DNA of 64,000 bases from the human T2T-CHM13v2.0 reference genome, Homo sapiens (GCF_009914755.1 NC_060942.1), one strand, 5' to 3'. Shown: positions 16,952-31,342, counted from the stretch's first letter. Notes: a model not told the origin generated them from the sequence alone. Program-made: numbers and translations.

Positions 16952-18696
16952 AGTTACTTCCAAGATACAGTGGGGATACAGGCATTGCATAAATGCTTTC
17001 ATTCCAAATGGGAGAAACTGGCCAAAACAACAAGGCTACAGGCCCCATACAAGTCTGAAACCCAGTTGGGCAGTCATGAAATCTTAAAGCTCTGAAATGA
17101 TCTTCTTTGACTCATGTCTCACATCCAGGGCATGCTGATGCACAGGGTGGTCTCTCACAGCCTTGGGCAGCTCCCTCATGGGCTGGCATTGAGTGACTGA
17201 GGCTTTTTCAAGCACATGGTGCAAGTTGTCAGTGGATCTACTATTCTGGGGTCTGGAGGATGGTGGCCCTCTTCTAGGCAGTGCTCCAGTGGGGACTCCA
17301 TGTGAGGACTCCAATCCCAAATTTCCCTTCCACACAGCCCTAATGGAGGTTCTCCATGAGGGCTCCATCCCTGCAGCAGACTTCTGCCTGGATATCCAGG
17401 TGTTCCCATACAGCCTCCAAAATCTAGGCAGAGGTTCCGAAGCCTCAAATCTTGACTTCTGTACACCAGCAGGTCAATCACCATGTGGAAGCCACAAAGG
17501 CTTGGGGACTGCATCCCCTGAAGCAATGGCTGAACCTTTACCTTGGCCCCTTTTAGCCACAACTGGAGCTGGAGTGGCTGGGATGCAGGGCACCAAGTCC
17601 CAAGGCTGCACACAGCAGCAAGTCCTGGGCTTGGCCCAGGAAACCATTTGTTCCTCCTAGACCTCCAGGCCTATGATGGGAGTTACTGCTGCCAAGATCT
17701 CTGACATGCCCTGGAGACATTTTCCCCTTTGTCTTGGTATTGACATTCTGCTCCTCACTACTTATGCAAATTTCTGTAGCTGGCTTGAATTTCTCCCCAG
17801 AAATGGGTTTTTCTTTTCTATCTCATTGTGAGACTGCAAAATTTTCTAACTTTTATGCCCTGTTTCTGTTTGAAACATAAGTTCTAATTTCAGATCATCC
17901 CTCTCAAGTTCAAAGTTCCACAGATCTAGGGCAGTGGCAAATTGCCACCAGCATAGCAAGAGTGACCTTTGCTCCAGTTCCCAAGAAGTTTCTCATCTCC
18001 ACCTGAGACCACTTCAACCTGGACTTCATTATCCACATCGTTATCAGCATTTTGGTCAAAACCATTCAACAAGTCTCTAGGAAGTTCCAAACTGTCCCAC
18101 ATCTTCCTGTTTTCCTCTGAGCCCTCCAAACTGTTCCAACTGCTGCCCCTTACCCAGTTCGAAAGTTGCTTCCACATTTTCAGGTTATCTTTATAGCAGT
18201 TTCCCCCTGTCTATGGTACCAATTTCCTATATTAGTCTATTCTCACACTGCTATAAGGAAATACCTGAGACTGGATAATTTATAAAGGAAAGAGGTTTAA
18301 CTGAGCCATAATTCTGCATGCCTGGGGAGGCCCCAGGAAACTTACAATCATGGCAGAAGCAGAAGTTAACACATCTTATATGGTGGCAGGTGAGAGAGTA
18401 TGTGAAGGAGGAACTGTCAAACACTAACAAAACCATCGGATCTCATGAGAACTCACTTACCTTCATGAGAACAGCATGAGGGAAACCTCTCCCATGATTT
18501 AATCACCTCCCATCATGTCCCTCCCTCAACAAGTAGTGATTATGGGGATTACAATTTGAGATGAGATTTGGGTGGGGAAACAGAGCCAAATCATATCAAT
18601 AGTACCTAGACAATTGTAACCTTCTGGTGAACAGTTACTCTCATTATTAGTTAATAAATATTTAATTCCCCTAAGCTTTCATATTAAAGCCAGTTA

Positions 18697-19004
18697 CAGT
18701 GGTTCCTCAGTATCCTTAGGGACTTGGGTCCAGGATACCAAAATCCAGGATACTCAAGTCCTTTATATTAAATGGCACAGTATTTAGATATAACCCATGT
18801 GCATCCTCTGATATGTTTAAAATCATCTCTCGATTACTTATAATACTGAATATAACGTAAATGCTATATAAATATTTGTTATACTGTATGTTTTCATTTG
18901 TATTATTTTTGTTGTATTGTTACTTTCGATTTTTTTCCAGTATTTTTGATCTGCCGTTGGTTCAGTCTGGAGATATGGAGCCCACTGACACAGAGGGACA
19001 GCTG
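18697..19004. mobile_element. MER2 (Tigger-family MITE)
   Basis: Imperfect TIRs cagtggttcctcagtatc...gacacagagggacagctg, flanked by TA on both sides. Confidence 0.85.
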
Positions 19005-21167
19005 TAATGTCATACACCCTCACATAAAAATTCTTTCAATACTTCTGCAAGATTGTATTTTATCTGGGTCACTGCTATAAAAAAAAAACTACATTTTATT
19101 TATGCATCCACCTGAGAATTTGTCCTTTAACAAATGGTGGATAACAACAGGACCAAATATGAGAGGTAAGTATAAGGTCTTGGAACCCTCCATCTTCAGA
19201 TAACTTACCCTTTGATTAGAGAAAAGATTGATACTACAGTTTGGTGGTAACTATTTGTCTCTTCTGCAGTCTATGTCAAACCAAAGCCATTTTCAAACCA
19301 GTTAGGTCTAACTGTAACCCTAATATGATTGTGCTTTCAAACACTTAACTCCTCCTGATGTCATTAAGTTTACACTTCTCTATTTAGTTAACATTGATTA
19401 ATCAATATTAGGTTACCAATAAATAGTATCATTTTCTACAACGTAACAAGTTGCTAAGATACATATTGTACACATACTTAAGAAAATACAAAAAGCAAGA
19501 AATGTATCACTGTCAAGGCCAAGTAACTGTTTAAGGCATTATGCAAGGGAGAAAAGAGAACCTTATAGACTGTACTCCCCCACCAAAGTTGTAAGACTTC
19601 TTTCTAGCAAAGCTAAGGATCAAACATTGACAGCATTTGCAGGTTAAATTAGATCTCCTTCATAATATATTCCTGGACTGATTTGAGGGCAATTTTGAAT
19701 GTTTACTTAAAAGATTAATTTTAGTTTAAGACTGTAAATATCAATCTCCCACACGTTTGAAAAATTAAGTACTGCAAAACTCAAATCTCCTGGACTTGCT
19801 TTTTTTAAATTCTAAATTTTTACACCAATTAAAACATTTTAAAATCTTCTTTTCCCACTGTCTTTATCCATTTGTGTTTTATTTCATTTTTCTGATCTAA
19901 ATTCACCTTGTTTAAAAAAAGACAGAAAAATTGCTGTTGAACATCTCAGCATTTTGCTTTTTATCTAAGGGGGTTTTCTACACATTAATTTTAAAGAGAA
20001 GCAGTTATTTGCCACATTGGCCTTTCTAATCTTTCCTCTACTTGCATTTGCTAATTCTCAGTACTCAGCTATGTAAACTGACTGAGTTTATTCAGTAAAT
20101 GACCTTTCTACCCAAGCTTCAAATTCAGTATTTTGTGGAGACCTAACTAATCCTTTGATAAATCACAGGATAACCTAAAGTGAGAATCAGTGTCCCAGCA
20201 GTTTTAGAAATTTGTAAAGCGAAAGACTCCTAGCATGCTTCTGTTTCCAGGCAATTTTTGGCTTCTGGGAAAAGATACAAATACTGCAGGAGAGAGAAGA
20301 GTTACTTTTTAACTTAAGCTGAACAAACATACTACATAATGGCATAATGATTTACTGTATTATTTGTTTATGTATATATTTACATACATGTATACATTTT
20401 CAAATAACAGGAAGCAATCCCTAAAACCAGAAAGAATAAAGCATGAATTTATTATTCTTCAGAGAGCCTATGAGGTCAAAAATATCACAATTGCTTAGAC
20501 CATTGGGTTCTCTGGCCACTGTTAAAGAAAAGAGAATCTTATGATTTGTACTCCCCTACCATTCATAATTCAACTTCATTTCTCCTGTTTCAACAAGCTG
20601 ACAAATAAACAAGGAAAATAGTACTATTTATAGTTTACTTGTAAATACCGTAGGGGGTTAATTGTTTGCCTAAATTCACATAGCTTGGAAGTTTCTACAT
20701 TAAGATTTGAACCTGGGTTTTCCACTTGCTAATTTTACTATCTTATAGCTGTGTGCTGCATAATTTTTGTCTGTATATTAAATGAGATTTCATCATTTGG
20801 AGATTAAACTTGTGTTCAAGTTCAAACTCATTAGTAAATTTTTACTATTTTCTTGAGTTATCAGTGCTCTAACAAAGCTAGAACATTTAATTTACATCTT
20901 TAAAGAGTCTTCAAATATTTCTGGAAATAGATTGAATAAACACAAATGTACAGATAAATTTTACAACTGACAGTAAAAAATTGCGGCCTATTGATTTTCT
21001 GTTCCCTTAAAAGTGAAATAAAATAAATTTGTAAAAGAATAAAACTGTCTGGTATTTCCTCAGGGCATTTTGGAGGTTTTCGTCTTATCACGCCCCTTGC
21101 TTACCACAATTCATACTAATCCCTGGAAATCCCTGGAAAGTTAAGACTCTAATGTGTGTGTATGTAA

Positions 21168-21194
21168 ACACACACACACACACACACACACACA
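21168..21194. repeat. (CA)n microsatellite
   Basis: Seen directly. Confidence 0.95.
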
Positions 21195-21204
21195 ATTCCA
21201 TATA

Positions 21205-21962
21205 TATATAGAATTGGCTCATGCAATTATATAGATTGAAAAGTCCCAAGATCTGTAGTCAGCAAGCTAGAGATCCAGAAGGGCCAGTTGTGTAGTTCCA
21301 GTCTGAGTGTGAAGACCTGAGATTCAAGAGAGCTGACTCTTAGTCCAAGATCCAGGAGGCTCAAGGCCCAAGAAGAACTAATATTTCAGCTTGACTCCAA
21401 AAGTAAAAAAAGACCAATGTCTTGGCTCAAGAAGTCATGCAGGAGAATTCCCTCTTATTAAACCTTTTTTGTCCTTCTCAAGTCTTCAATTGATGGGATG
21501 ATGTCCACCTACATTAGGGAGGGCAATATGCTTTACTCGGTCTACTGATTCTTTATCTTTTTTTTTTTTTTGAGAGAGTCTTGCTCTGTTGCCCATTCTC
21601 AGGTGGAGTGACATGATCATGACTCATTGCAGCCTTGACCTCTAGAGCTCGAGTGATCCTCCCACCTCAGCCTCCAGAGTATCTGGGGCTACAGGCCATG
21701 CTACTACACCTGGGCACCTGGGTAATTTTTTTTTTTTTTCAGAGATGGGGATTTGCTATGTTGCCCAGGCTGGTCTCGAACATCTGGGCTCAAGCAAACC
21801 ACCTGCTTCAGCTAGGATTATAGGTGTGAGCCACTGAGCCCACCCTGATTCAAATGTTAATCTCATACAGAAACACCTCACAGACATATATAGAAAAATG
21901 GTTGGTCATATGTTGGGCATCTTATAGCCCAGTCAAGTTGACACATACAATTAACCATCACA
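21205..21962 (-). mobile_element. MLT2-family (ERVL) LTR interrupted by Alu
   Basis: gaattggctcatgcaattat...aagtcccaagatctg...ccagtcaagttgacacatacaattaaccatcaca. Confidence 0.75.
21552..21844 (-). mobile_element. AluJ
   Basis: Antisense Alu with poly-T at left; ctgattc repeated at 21545 and 21845. Confidence 0.9.
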
Positions 21963-22160
21963 TTTATATACTCTATTCAGGAGAATTCCCTTACAATATC
22001 CCAAAGGGAAGGTATTCTAAATCACATTCAATATTTTGAGATAATTACTAAGACATGTTCACTATAACATAGATGCCTGTTACAACAATACAAGATTTAA
22101 TAGGAGTTGCTTTTTGTTCTGTATGTTTAATGGTCATATGAAATATTTTAAATTCCTGTA

Positions 22161-22164
<4 letters not shown>

Positions 22165-22208
<44 letters not shown>
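22165..22208. repeat. (CA)n microsatellite (~22 units)
   Basis: Seen directly. Confidence 0.95.
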
Positions 22209-22212
<4 letters not shown>

Positions 22213-23549
22213 ATCCCAGAGTGATTAAATTTGGTAGTTTATTCCACTCCTTTAAAAACTTGGGACAATGAAAATCTATAACAGAAACACTGATGCCTCA
22301 TAAGGTAAGACACATGAATTAGTGAAGAATTAGCTCCTCTGGAATTGAGATTACTAGTAATTAACAATGAAATTGATAGCTGTTAAGGATACTATAATAT
22401 GTTAGTATTATAAAAATCCAATACAACCCTCAGTTTAGTCATTATTATATTGGAAAATATTATTACAAATTTCTTAAGGTGCTGTGAAATAATTTGTCTC
22501 ACTGTTTTAAAGTACAACATTAAAAAAATGGTCCTCTTTTTGGCAATTTGCTGCTTCCTATCACTATCAATAACCTAACAAATATGTAGGTACCTATGAT
22601 ATGTCATCTGTATTCACATATTTTAAGTCCCTCAAATTTTACTGTAAGTAGATAATAATTATAAAATAATATTACAGCACATAAGATATTTATATAGAAT
22701 ACTATAAATATAAGTTCATATTTATAAGGTATATATTTATAGGACAAAGTACACATGAGATGGTTTAAGTTTGATCCATTTGTTTTTAAACTTCTAAGAG
22801 ACTTCTTTTTTACTTTTTGTCAAATGAGAATCAGCAAATTTTAATCAACTTACGTATTAAGAAGATGTGTAAGTGTTTTATAGACAAGCTAATTTTAATA
22901 TTTGTTGCTTTGGGAGTAGGGATGAAATTGGGGTGGGTAGATCCTGCTACCTCTAGAGTATCCTTTTTGCTCTTAGAGTCTAATAATTTAAGGTAAGGAA
23001 GAGAAAACCAGGCTCTAAGTTTGTAAATGAATAAATGATGGAAGTCTAGCAAATAGTAGACTATAATTAAGTTGAATCACTAAACTAAACCAAAGGTCAG
23101 CAAGCATGGATATTCTGCATATTTAAGAAATCACAGTTAATCTACAATCATTCAACCATAAACATAAGATATTTTTTATGTTATGAAACTGTAACTCATA
23201 TGAAATATAGAGTATTTACACTGAAATACCTACTTCTTTTATACTATTAGTCAATAAGCCATGAAGGCAAAATTACAATTTTAAGGAATAGAAAATTTAA
23301 AGAATCTGTACTTAGATGTAGAACACATGTGTCTGACTTCTCTTAGTGATTTCTTATCAAATATTTACATTGCTTCATCAAACATCCAGAGGTTTAAAAA
23401 TAAAGCACAATCATTTTCGTGAACCTAGACAGCATAATTTCTTGTATATGAAGAAAGGCAGGGTGGATGGATTCCCATTAATGTTAATGCCTGTCTCCTC
23501 ATTTCTCACCTTTGTTATTAAGTTGCTTAGAAAGCAAATTAGTATTTTA

Positions 23550-23982
23550 TTCAAATTTATTTTTTAAATGGCATAAATTGTATGTATTTATCATGAACAA
23601 CATGAGGTTTTGAAGTACACATACATCATGGAATGGTTAAATCTAGCTAATTAACAAAAGCATTACCTCACCTAGTTATTTTGTAGTGAGAACATTTTAC
23701 TTCTACTCACTTAGCAGTTTTCAAGAAGGGCATTATATGAAGTGAAATAAACCAGGAACAAAAAGACAGATGCTGCATGATCTCACTCATATGTGGAATC
23801 CAAAGAATTTGTTCACATAGTAGAGAGTGGAATGGTGGTTGCCAGAGGCTGGGGTGAATAGGGAGTAGGGAATATTGTGGAGATGTTGGCAAAAGAGTGC
23901 AAGTTTACAGTTAGATTAGAGGAGTAAGTTCAAGAAATCTACTGTATGGCATAGTTAATGCTGATATATTATATTCCTGAAA
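23550..23982 (-). mobile_element. Old L1MA (MA8/9-like) 3' end with internal inversion
   Basis: 23550-23727 is the antisense extreme 3' end; 23725-23982 is the sense upstream part. Decayed TSD at 23531-23549 and 23983-24001. Confidence 0.7.
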
Positions 23983-26127
23983 AAAACCAATTAATATTTT
24001 ACAAGAAACAGAAGAAATCATGGGAGCAGACCACAGATGGACAGAGTGGTGCATGAAGAATGGCTTTTAAAGGATGTAAACATGGAGAGCTGAGTATATT
24101 ATAAATGTACGAAAGATATGTCTGATTTGAAAAAACACAATGAAAATAAACATAGTATGACCTCCTTCACAATTATGGATAAACTGTGCTCATAAATATG
24201 CTTTCAGGAATAAAATGTAAAAAAAAAATTCTTGTAATATTGTCCCAAATAACACAAAAGACATAATAACCTATATCACCTGAAATAGGCACCAACAAAA
24301 AAAATCCTAAATTCAGAAGACTGTACAAGCTACTTTTAGATCCATTCAGAACACACAAGAGGATTATATTTCCTAATGGATTTAAATTATAAGAAATAAT
24401 TTGTTTCCCTCCGTGGCCATTTAGATATTGGCCAGAATGTTCGTCAATCACACATTTAATTTTGTAATCAGTTTTAATTCTGAATTTTAGTGAGTGGACC
24501 AAGCAACAACTCAGGAGGCAAAACTTGCACTGTGTGGACTCACATTCAAATGTATCTACTTCCACTAGTTCTAGCAATTGTTCGTGGATGAAAAAAGGGT
24601 TTACAGAAAAAACATTTTTAAGTGAGTTAAGAGCCAAATGACATTTAAAAATTAACTTGTGCCTTGAAATCACAAAAGAAGATGTTAGCATAATAATTGT
24701 CATCATGCTCAAAGGTTGAAAAGTTTATGAAGAGGGAAAAACGAAGACACATTTAGCATGACTACACTCTTGGAATGATTCAAGTAGACAGACCCAAGCT
24801 CTTTGGTGGAGGTAGGCAAATGCAAACAAGCTTGGTTCCTATTTCTGGAAATTCCATCAGTACCCGAGCCCAGGAAAGGGTAATGTGGACAATGGCTGGC
24901 TCAATGTCCATATAAAGAGTGAGATTTCTGACTTCCTGAAAAAGCAGGACATTCTGAGATCCCCAGGAGAACCCCTTCCTAAGTGGCAGAGGGCTGGTGA
25001 GACCAGTGATATTTAACTGGTTTGTTCAGATAGCTCCCCAGAGGATGTGTCAAAGTTCAAAGGAGGCTGTTTAAAGAAAACAACCCAAGCCAACCGTAAT
25101 GAGCCCATGTCACCTGGAAAGACCCTAAACAGTTTACTAGCAGACTCAAGAAGGAAGGTCCCAGGATACTTTTCATTCCTTCCCTTCAGTGAGTAGGCAC
25201 ACCACAAAATTCCCAAGAGGCTCTTAAGAGTATATAAATATCCATTTTACTGTACAGTTAGAGAACAGGCTTTTAGGAAGCTGCTGCCAGAAAAGCCTGA
25301 TCAATGTTGAACTATAAAACCAATTACAAGTGCTGGATAGTTCAGGGAACACACAGGGTCACTCACCTCCCTTTTCAGGGCCTTTCTTGGAGGCTTTCTG
25401 CCCTGCAGTAAACCAGTGAAAGATTTGAGGGCTCAGCCAGATAAACTGAAAGCTGCTTAATTATATTCGCAGATAATTTTTCACACAATTTTACTTTCAA
25501 TTTTTCAGCAAATGATTAACATAATTGTAAATCATCAAAATTTACAAATAAGAATCATCTCTCTGAATCTATGTATCTCAATATATATCTTTATAAATAA
25601 TTCACAATATCAATTAAATTATAGGTCATTATCATACTATTTGTGGGAAATCTGGAAACAAAGAATAAGCTCAGTGTCAAAAATGTGGTCACATTTCAAA
25701 TACCTTGAGTTTAAGCTTGCTTTCCTTAAACATTACACAGTTTCAAATTCTGTCACAATTAAATTCTTTTAAAATTTGTTTTGTTTCTAGTTTTTAAGTA
25801 ATCCTAGCCTATGCCAAAGTGGTTTTCAATGCCTACATTATAACTCACACTGGGATTAGTTCTTCTCAGAACCTTAACATGACCGGATGTTATTTAAAAG
25901 CCAGGCAGTTTGAACTAAAAACATTACTATTTAAGAATCAGCATTAAGTTTCTATAAGGTTGTTCATTGACCCCATTTATCTCATTGAGGAGTGAATGAT
26001 ATATGATAAATGATTAAATACAAAGAACCTGATGGAATAGACATAGAAAAGGTATTCTGCAATGACAAAATGACCCAAAGGCCAGTGCAATAATGTGAAT
26101 AAGGTGAGAAGAGTTGAGTTTGGAATC

Positions 26128-26310
26128 AGTACTGTCCAACTGAAACTTCTGTGATGATGGGAATGTTTCTTTGTGTTGTTAAATCAGTAGGCTCTCACTA
26201 TTTTGCCTATTGAAAACTTGAAATAGATCCCGGTGGAGGAACTAAATTATGAATTTTGTTTAATTTCAATAGCCACATATGGATAGTGGCTATAATGTTA
26301 GATGGCACAG
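26128..26310. mobile_element. MER3 (hAT MITE)
   Basis: cagtactgtccaa...ttctgtgatgatgggaatgtt...agccacatatggatagtggcta...ttagatggcacag. Confidence 0.75.
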
Positions 26311-26987
26311 GCCTACATAAAATTATATTTGAAAGAAAGAGAAAACTATCAAAATATGGATACAAATTAGTATTTAAAATAGGAAAATACTTTAAGTCAG
26401 GTCATCAAGGAAACAGATGGGAGAGCTTCAGCAAGCTGCACACTGGCAGAAAAAATTCCTAAATATAACACATTGTTTCTTTTATAACCAAAGTTTCACT
26501 GTGTGCTGCAGAATGTGCTTTGACAACTCACTCAGGTTTCATTGGACCTCCTTGGATATATAATAACTGCATAATTCCAGTTACGTTTACTTCAATTAGA
26601 TCACACAGTCACTTTTCTTCACATAATATGTTACTACCACGCAGATCTTCCAATTGTGTAAAGGTCATACAAATTCACCGTGGGGGATTGCTTAGCTTCT
26701 GTGAATTACTTTTAGGCTATACTCTATAAAATTATCTACAAAGTTTTACATAATAGACTTTATGTGTTTTTCACACAAAAGAAACATCCAGCTGGTCTCC
26801 TGGAGCAGGATGACAATGGTTCCCTCCCCACACATCTGCACTACATCTTTGCATATGGTTAGTGAGCCAGAACAAGCTATTAAGAGTGTAAGCTAAAGAA
26901 GAAAAGCACATTTTCCTATGACCCTGGTTAATTATGGTAAACATGTCTTTCCTGAACTAGGGGTTTAAGCTTAATAGATTTCAAAGC

Positions 26988-28017
26988 AGAATTTATGTAT
27001 TTCAAGATATTTCTCTAAAACGTTTGATATGAAACATTTCCCTTCTTCCAATGTTGTGCTCTTCAGGATATTAAGAGAAAAAGAGAACAAACTTTAAGAA
27101 GACATCCTTAACTTCAAGTGATTATCTCCATGGTCAACTGGATTTAGTCAAGATCCCTTAAGAGGCATAATATTTTATTGAAGCAATTTCTTTCACTCAG
27201 TCATTCATCTATCCATTTAATATTTATTGAACACTCATATAAGGTAGTTACCTACTAACACTTGGTAGTAAGACAGTTTTAAAAATGTCACCTTGCCTGC
27301 CCTTGTGCATAGTCTATAGAAAGCAGCACATAATGGACAGGTAAAATAATAAGAAATACGCTTAGAATATCATGGGAACATATTGGAAGAAAATTTAGCC
27401 AGAAAATTAGTGAGGTAAACAGAAACGGTATCTTAGGGAACATAATAGCTGATATGAGTCAGATGCAAGGGAGGGTATCTCTGCATGAGATAACCCCAGA
27501 GACAGGTAATAGTATGCACGGGGATGAAGAATTCATTTTGTTAAATCAAATATTAGATTTCTCTGGATGTCTAGATCATGGTAGAGAACTGGATACAAAA
27601 TCTGAAACTTAGGGGAAAGATTGGGGTTGTTATGCACATTTGGGAGTATTTTCTAGTTGAAATTGTAAGAGCTATGAGTTCTATCTTGGTCATTATGCAG
27701 AACACAAGGATTAAAGGGAAAAGTGTGGGATGTTGAGAGAATCCAAGCATGAAGGGGCATGAGTACAAAAGAAATTCTAGAAAGGCAGCAAAAGAAAAAT
27801 TATCTGAGAAGCACAAGGTACCATGAAATTGTATTTCAAGAATTTATGTATTTCAAGATATTTCTCTAAAATGTTTGATATGAAACATTCTTCTTCTTCC
27901 AATATTGTGCTCCTTAGGGTATTAAGAGAAAAAGAGAACATACTTTAAGAAGACATCCTTAACTCCAACTGATTATTCCCATACTCATTTGGATACAGTG
28001 AAGATCCCCTAAGAGGC
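26988..28017 (+). repeat. 179-bp direct repeat pair (26988-27166 and 27839-28017)
   Basis: Ungapped hand alignment gives ~21 mismatches in 179 nt (~88% identity). Confidence 0.95.
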
Positions 28018-28265
28018 TAATAAGCATAGTTGCCAACAGGGTGGACATTTCAACATTCTAATCATCAAGATTCAAATATGCTTAAGAAATCTAGTCAAGT
28101 AAAGAGCAAAAATCCATCTTTTGTTTGGCAATAAGTAGAGTCACTATAAACTTAGCCAGGCCAGTTTCAGCAAAATGGTGGGGAGAAGCTGGTTATCGTG
28201 GAATGAAAAGTAAAAGGGAGGTAAGAAGTGAAGGCAGTGAATGAATAAAAATGCTCCTTTGAACA
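27195..28265 (-). mobile_element. L2 fragment
   Basis: cattcatctatccatttaatatttattgaacac (L2 tail, antisense) followed by purine-rich L2-like body. Confidence 0.55.
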
Positions 28266-29269
28266 TTTCAGATGAAAAATATGTTTCAGAATGCTGGTTT
28301 CTGGCACTATCAACACACACAGCCAGTCACACCACTGTAAACCAGTTCTAGTGTGATGGTGAATCTTATGGCCAAGTTTCCTTAGGCTCATAACTAAAGG
28401 ACCTGAGCTGAGGAATCATTAAAGACAAAACCCCAAATATTAATGAAGAGCAAGGAAGCTAATGAATGTTAAGAGTTGGGAAAACTAGAAATTGCCATAC
28501 AAATGTTAGTGATTATGGTCATTATTACTACAATTTGGTCTTGATAGATTTTGGTCTGTATATCAGCCCAGTTTATAACAGAGTTGAAAAACAAATTGAA
28601 AAGTCTCCCCCCACGGAGTTTGTAGAGCAGAAACATCAGTAGTTAACTTATGCATTATGCATATAATTTAGACTCAAGAGATCCAATGAATAACTGCAGT
28701 GAACTACAATTGCCCTCTTTAGACAGCTCAATGTGAACTTCCTGATAGAAAGAAAGCAGTCCAAAGTCCTATGTAAATGGTGTGATAATAACAGGAGGAT
28801 TGGCTGCTTGCTTGCTCCTCATTTCAGTTGGATAATTTGAATAAATTCTTTATACAGATTGTAACTGCTGTCATTTTGATAATTCTCCAACTTGAAAATT
28901 TGGATTGTTGGGTGCAGCCCCTTGCCAGCTCCAAACAAATGGAGGTTGGCTAATGATGGATTTGAAGGGCATCCTGGCATCATTGGTAGACAGAATATTT
29001 CCTTGCTATGAAGTCTCCAATCGGGCAAGATTTTCTATTGCTATTAAACAGGAGTTTATAAAACTCTAAAACTACTGTAGACCCATAAACTGATGAATGA
29101 ACTGGAGCCTTCCTCTTTCACCCACAGAATCCCCAAGTTCAGTTTAATCATTCTCCTTGCCTCCAATTGCTTTGATTTATCTAAGATTAACCCTTCCCTC
29201 CTGCCATCCAAGGTACATAATTATCTCTGTAGCCTTTTTCCTTTTGATATCATTCTATTTTTTCTAAAT

Positions 29270-29550
29270 ATTCACTTATTAAGCAAATATTATTGAGCAC
29301 TTGCTATATGTCTGACCTTACTTAGAGGGATATAACAGTGAACAAGATGAAGTTTCTGCTTTCAAGGAATGCATATGTATAATGGGAAATTTTCTTGAAA
29401 ATGTATCTCTCAATTCAATAAGATAGGTATTAGAATAAAGACACATGCAGGGGAGTGATCAATCTTCCAAAGAGTGGAAGGATGATGAGGTAGAATAACG
29501 AAGTATTTAATCAGAGTCCTAAAGGATTTTGACATATAGACAAGAAGAGG
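29270..29550 (-). mobile_element. L2 fragment
   Basis: caaatattattgagcacttgctatatg...acagtgaacaaga. Confidence 0.55.
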
Positions 29551-30749
29551 AAGAATATATCTCTTTTTGTTTACTTGATGTCATTGATTCTGCCTTATCC
29601 AACTTCGCTTCTCTTAAAGTTACAAAGATTTGAACATGAGAACTCCAAAATATTTAAATCAAATTCAAATGCTGCTAAGGTATGCTCTTTTATTCTTCTG
29701 CCTATAGATTTGTCTTGAACATGATATAATCTGCATGGATAGTGTTATTTTAATGACATTTGTTTTAAAGGTTCTGGAAACATCATTTTCCCTTCAATCT
29801 TTGCACTCCTAATTCTATTGCCAACCTGCATCATACTTCACAATTTCTCCAGAGAGTGGCTTGAATTCTGATTGTTTTCACCTATTTTATAAATTAAATC
29901 ATATGTAAGGTTAGTTCTACTTGATCTCTTAGAAGTTACTACTCCCTTCCACACATTTCAGATCTCTACAAATCCTAAACTCAAGAATTCTCAAACTGAG
30001 ATTAACTGGAGTTGTCATCCATCAGCTATGAGGCTGGCATCTAATATAATGCTAATCTTCTGTTATGTCCTTTTTAGCTCTCAAGATTTATGCATATGTA
30101 TGTAGTTTCTTTCTCCAGAGCTCCAAAACTGTTACAGGGAATGACTATTTTGATGTCTTAAAGATGAAGAAATGATAGATATGATAATGCCATTTTAAAA
30201 AGTCAGAACATTTGGAATTCCCAGAATTTATGAAGAAAGTACACAAATAAAGGACATTGTGGGCCCAATCAATCTAGCTGCCTTTCTGTGATTAAAACAA
30301 GCAAAAACTAAACAAACAAAAGTAAAAGAGCAGGAGACAATATCATTGTTACAGGTAGTATACATTTTTTGGGTGAAGAAAACGAAACTGGTATTTAGAG
30401 TTGATACGTAACAAGGGAAACATCACTTCCCTTGCTACCACTACATTGCTAGAATCCTTTCTCAAATATACACTAGACAAATTCTCTTTGGTTTGAGACT
30501 AAAGCTTTTGTTTGCCAAGATTAGTGTTTTGATCTTTGTTGTTGTTATTGCTGTTTTTTATTTAAATTCAGCTACACTCAGCCCAAAGTCATTGCTCAAA
30601 GAAATTCACATCATTTTTAATTTTCTGCATGCCATACTGATTAATCTGTTACTTTTGTTTCATTTGAAGTGTACACAGACAGCCTGAAGTGTTTGATGTT
30701 ATTGGTTGCTGTGTCCTTGAGATATCATCATCTCATCATATAAGAACCA

Positions 30750-30975
30750 AAGCAGGAAGACTGCATGAGCCCAGGAGTTCAAGACCAGCTTGGGCAACAT
30801 AGTGATATCCTGTCTCAAAAAATAATTAAAAAAATCAAATTAAAAATTAGCCAGGTGTGGCAGTGAGCACTTATAGTCCCAGCTACTCAGACGACTGAGG
30901 TGGAAGCATTGCAGTTGCACCCCAGCCTAGGTAACACAGGGAGACCTTGCCTTAAAAAAAAAAAAAAAAAAAAAA
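30750..30975 (+). mobile_element. 5'-truncated, internally deleted AluJ
   Basis: gagcccaggagttcaagaccagc...poly-A. Flanks aagaaccaaagca and aagagccaaggca are TSD-like. Confidence 0.85.
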
Positions 30976-31342
30976 GAGCCAAGGCATGAATTAACTAAAC
31001 AACTCCAAAATCATTATACATGACCTTGAGCAAGTCACATAAATTTCCAGCCCTGTTTCTTTCTTTGTGGTCTTTACACAATGAAGTGGTTGCTATCAAA
31101 TGATTTCTCATGTCCCTTTAGCCTCTGTCATTTTATGATAGGAAAGTTTTTGGGGAGAAACATACAGAAAAAATAGACCTCAACATAGTACTACAGCATG
31201 TATATCCAAACTGTGCATTTATAAAACATGCTTTCTAAACACTTATATGCCTGCATACCTGGGATTTATACCAAATTTCCTATGTGGCTTTTGGGCACCA
31301 CTGAAAAATATAATTGAGGAATAGGTACCAATGTTGTGTGAT

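Noticed and set aside
17084-18196. Cluster of GC-richer ORFs
   Set aside because: All lie in THE1/MST internal sequence and are fragmented.
24173-24712. 179-aa minus-strand ORF as a novel gene or exon
   Set aside because: Composition typical of random AT-rich DNA, no recognisable domain, no convincing splice sites.
24780-25480. GC-richer stretch with a TATA-like motif (25231) as a promoter or old LTR
   Set aside because: No family recognised, no CpG island, and the motif is common in AT-rich DNA.
26988-28017. CRISPR-like or prokaryotic repeat system
   Set aside because: Primate intron, only two long copies, no spacer array or cas genes. No rRNA, tRNA or prokaryotic features were seen in the window.
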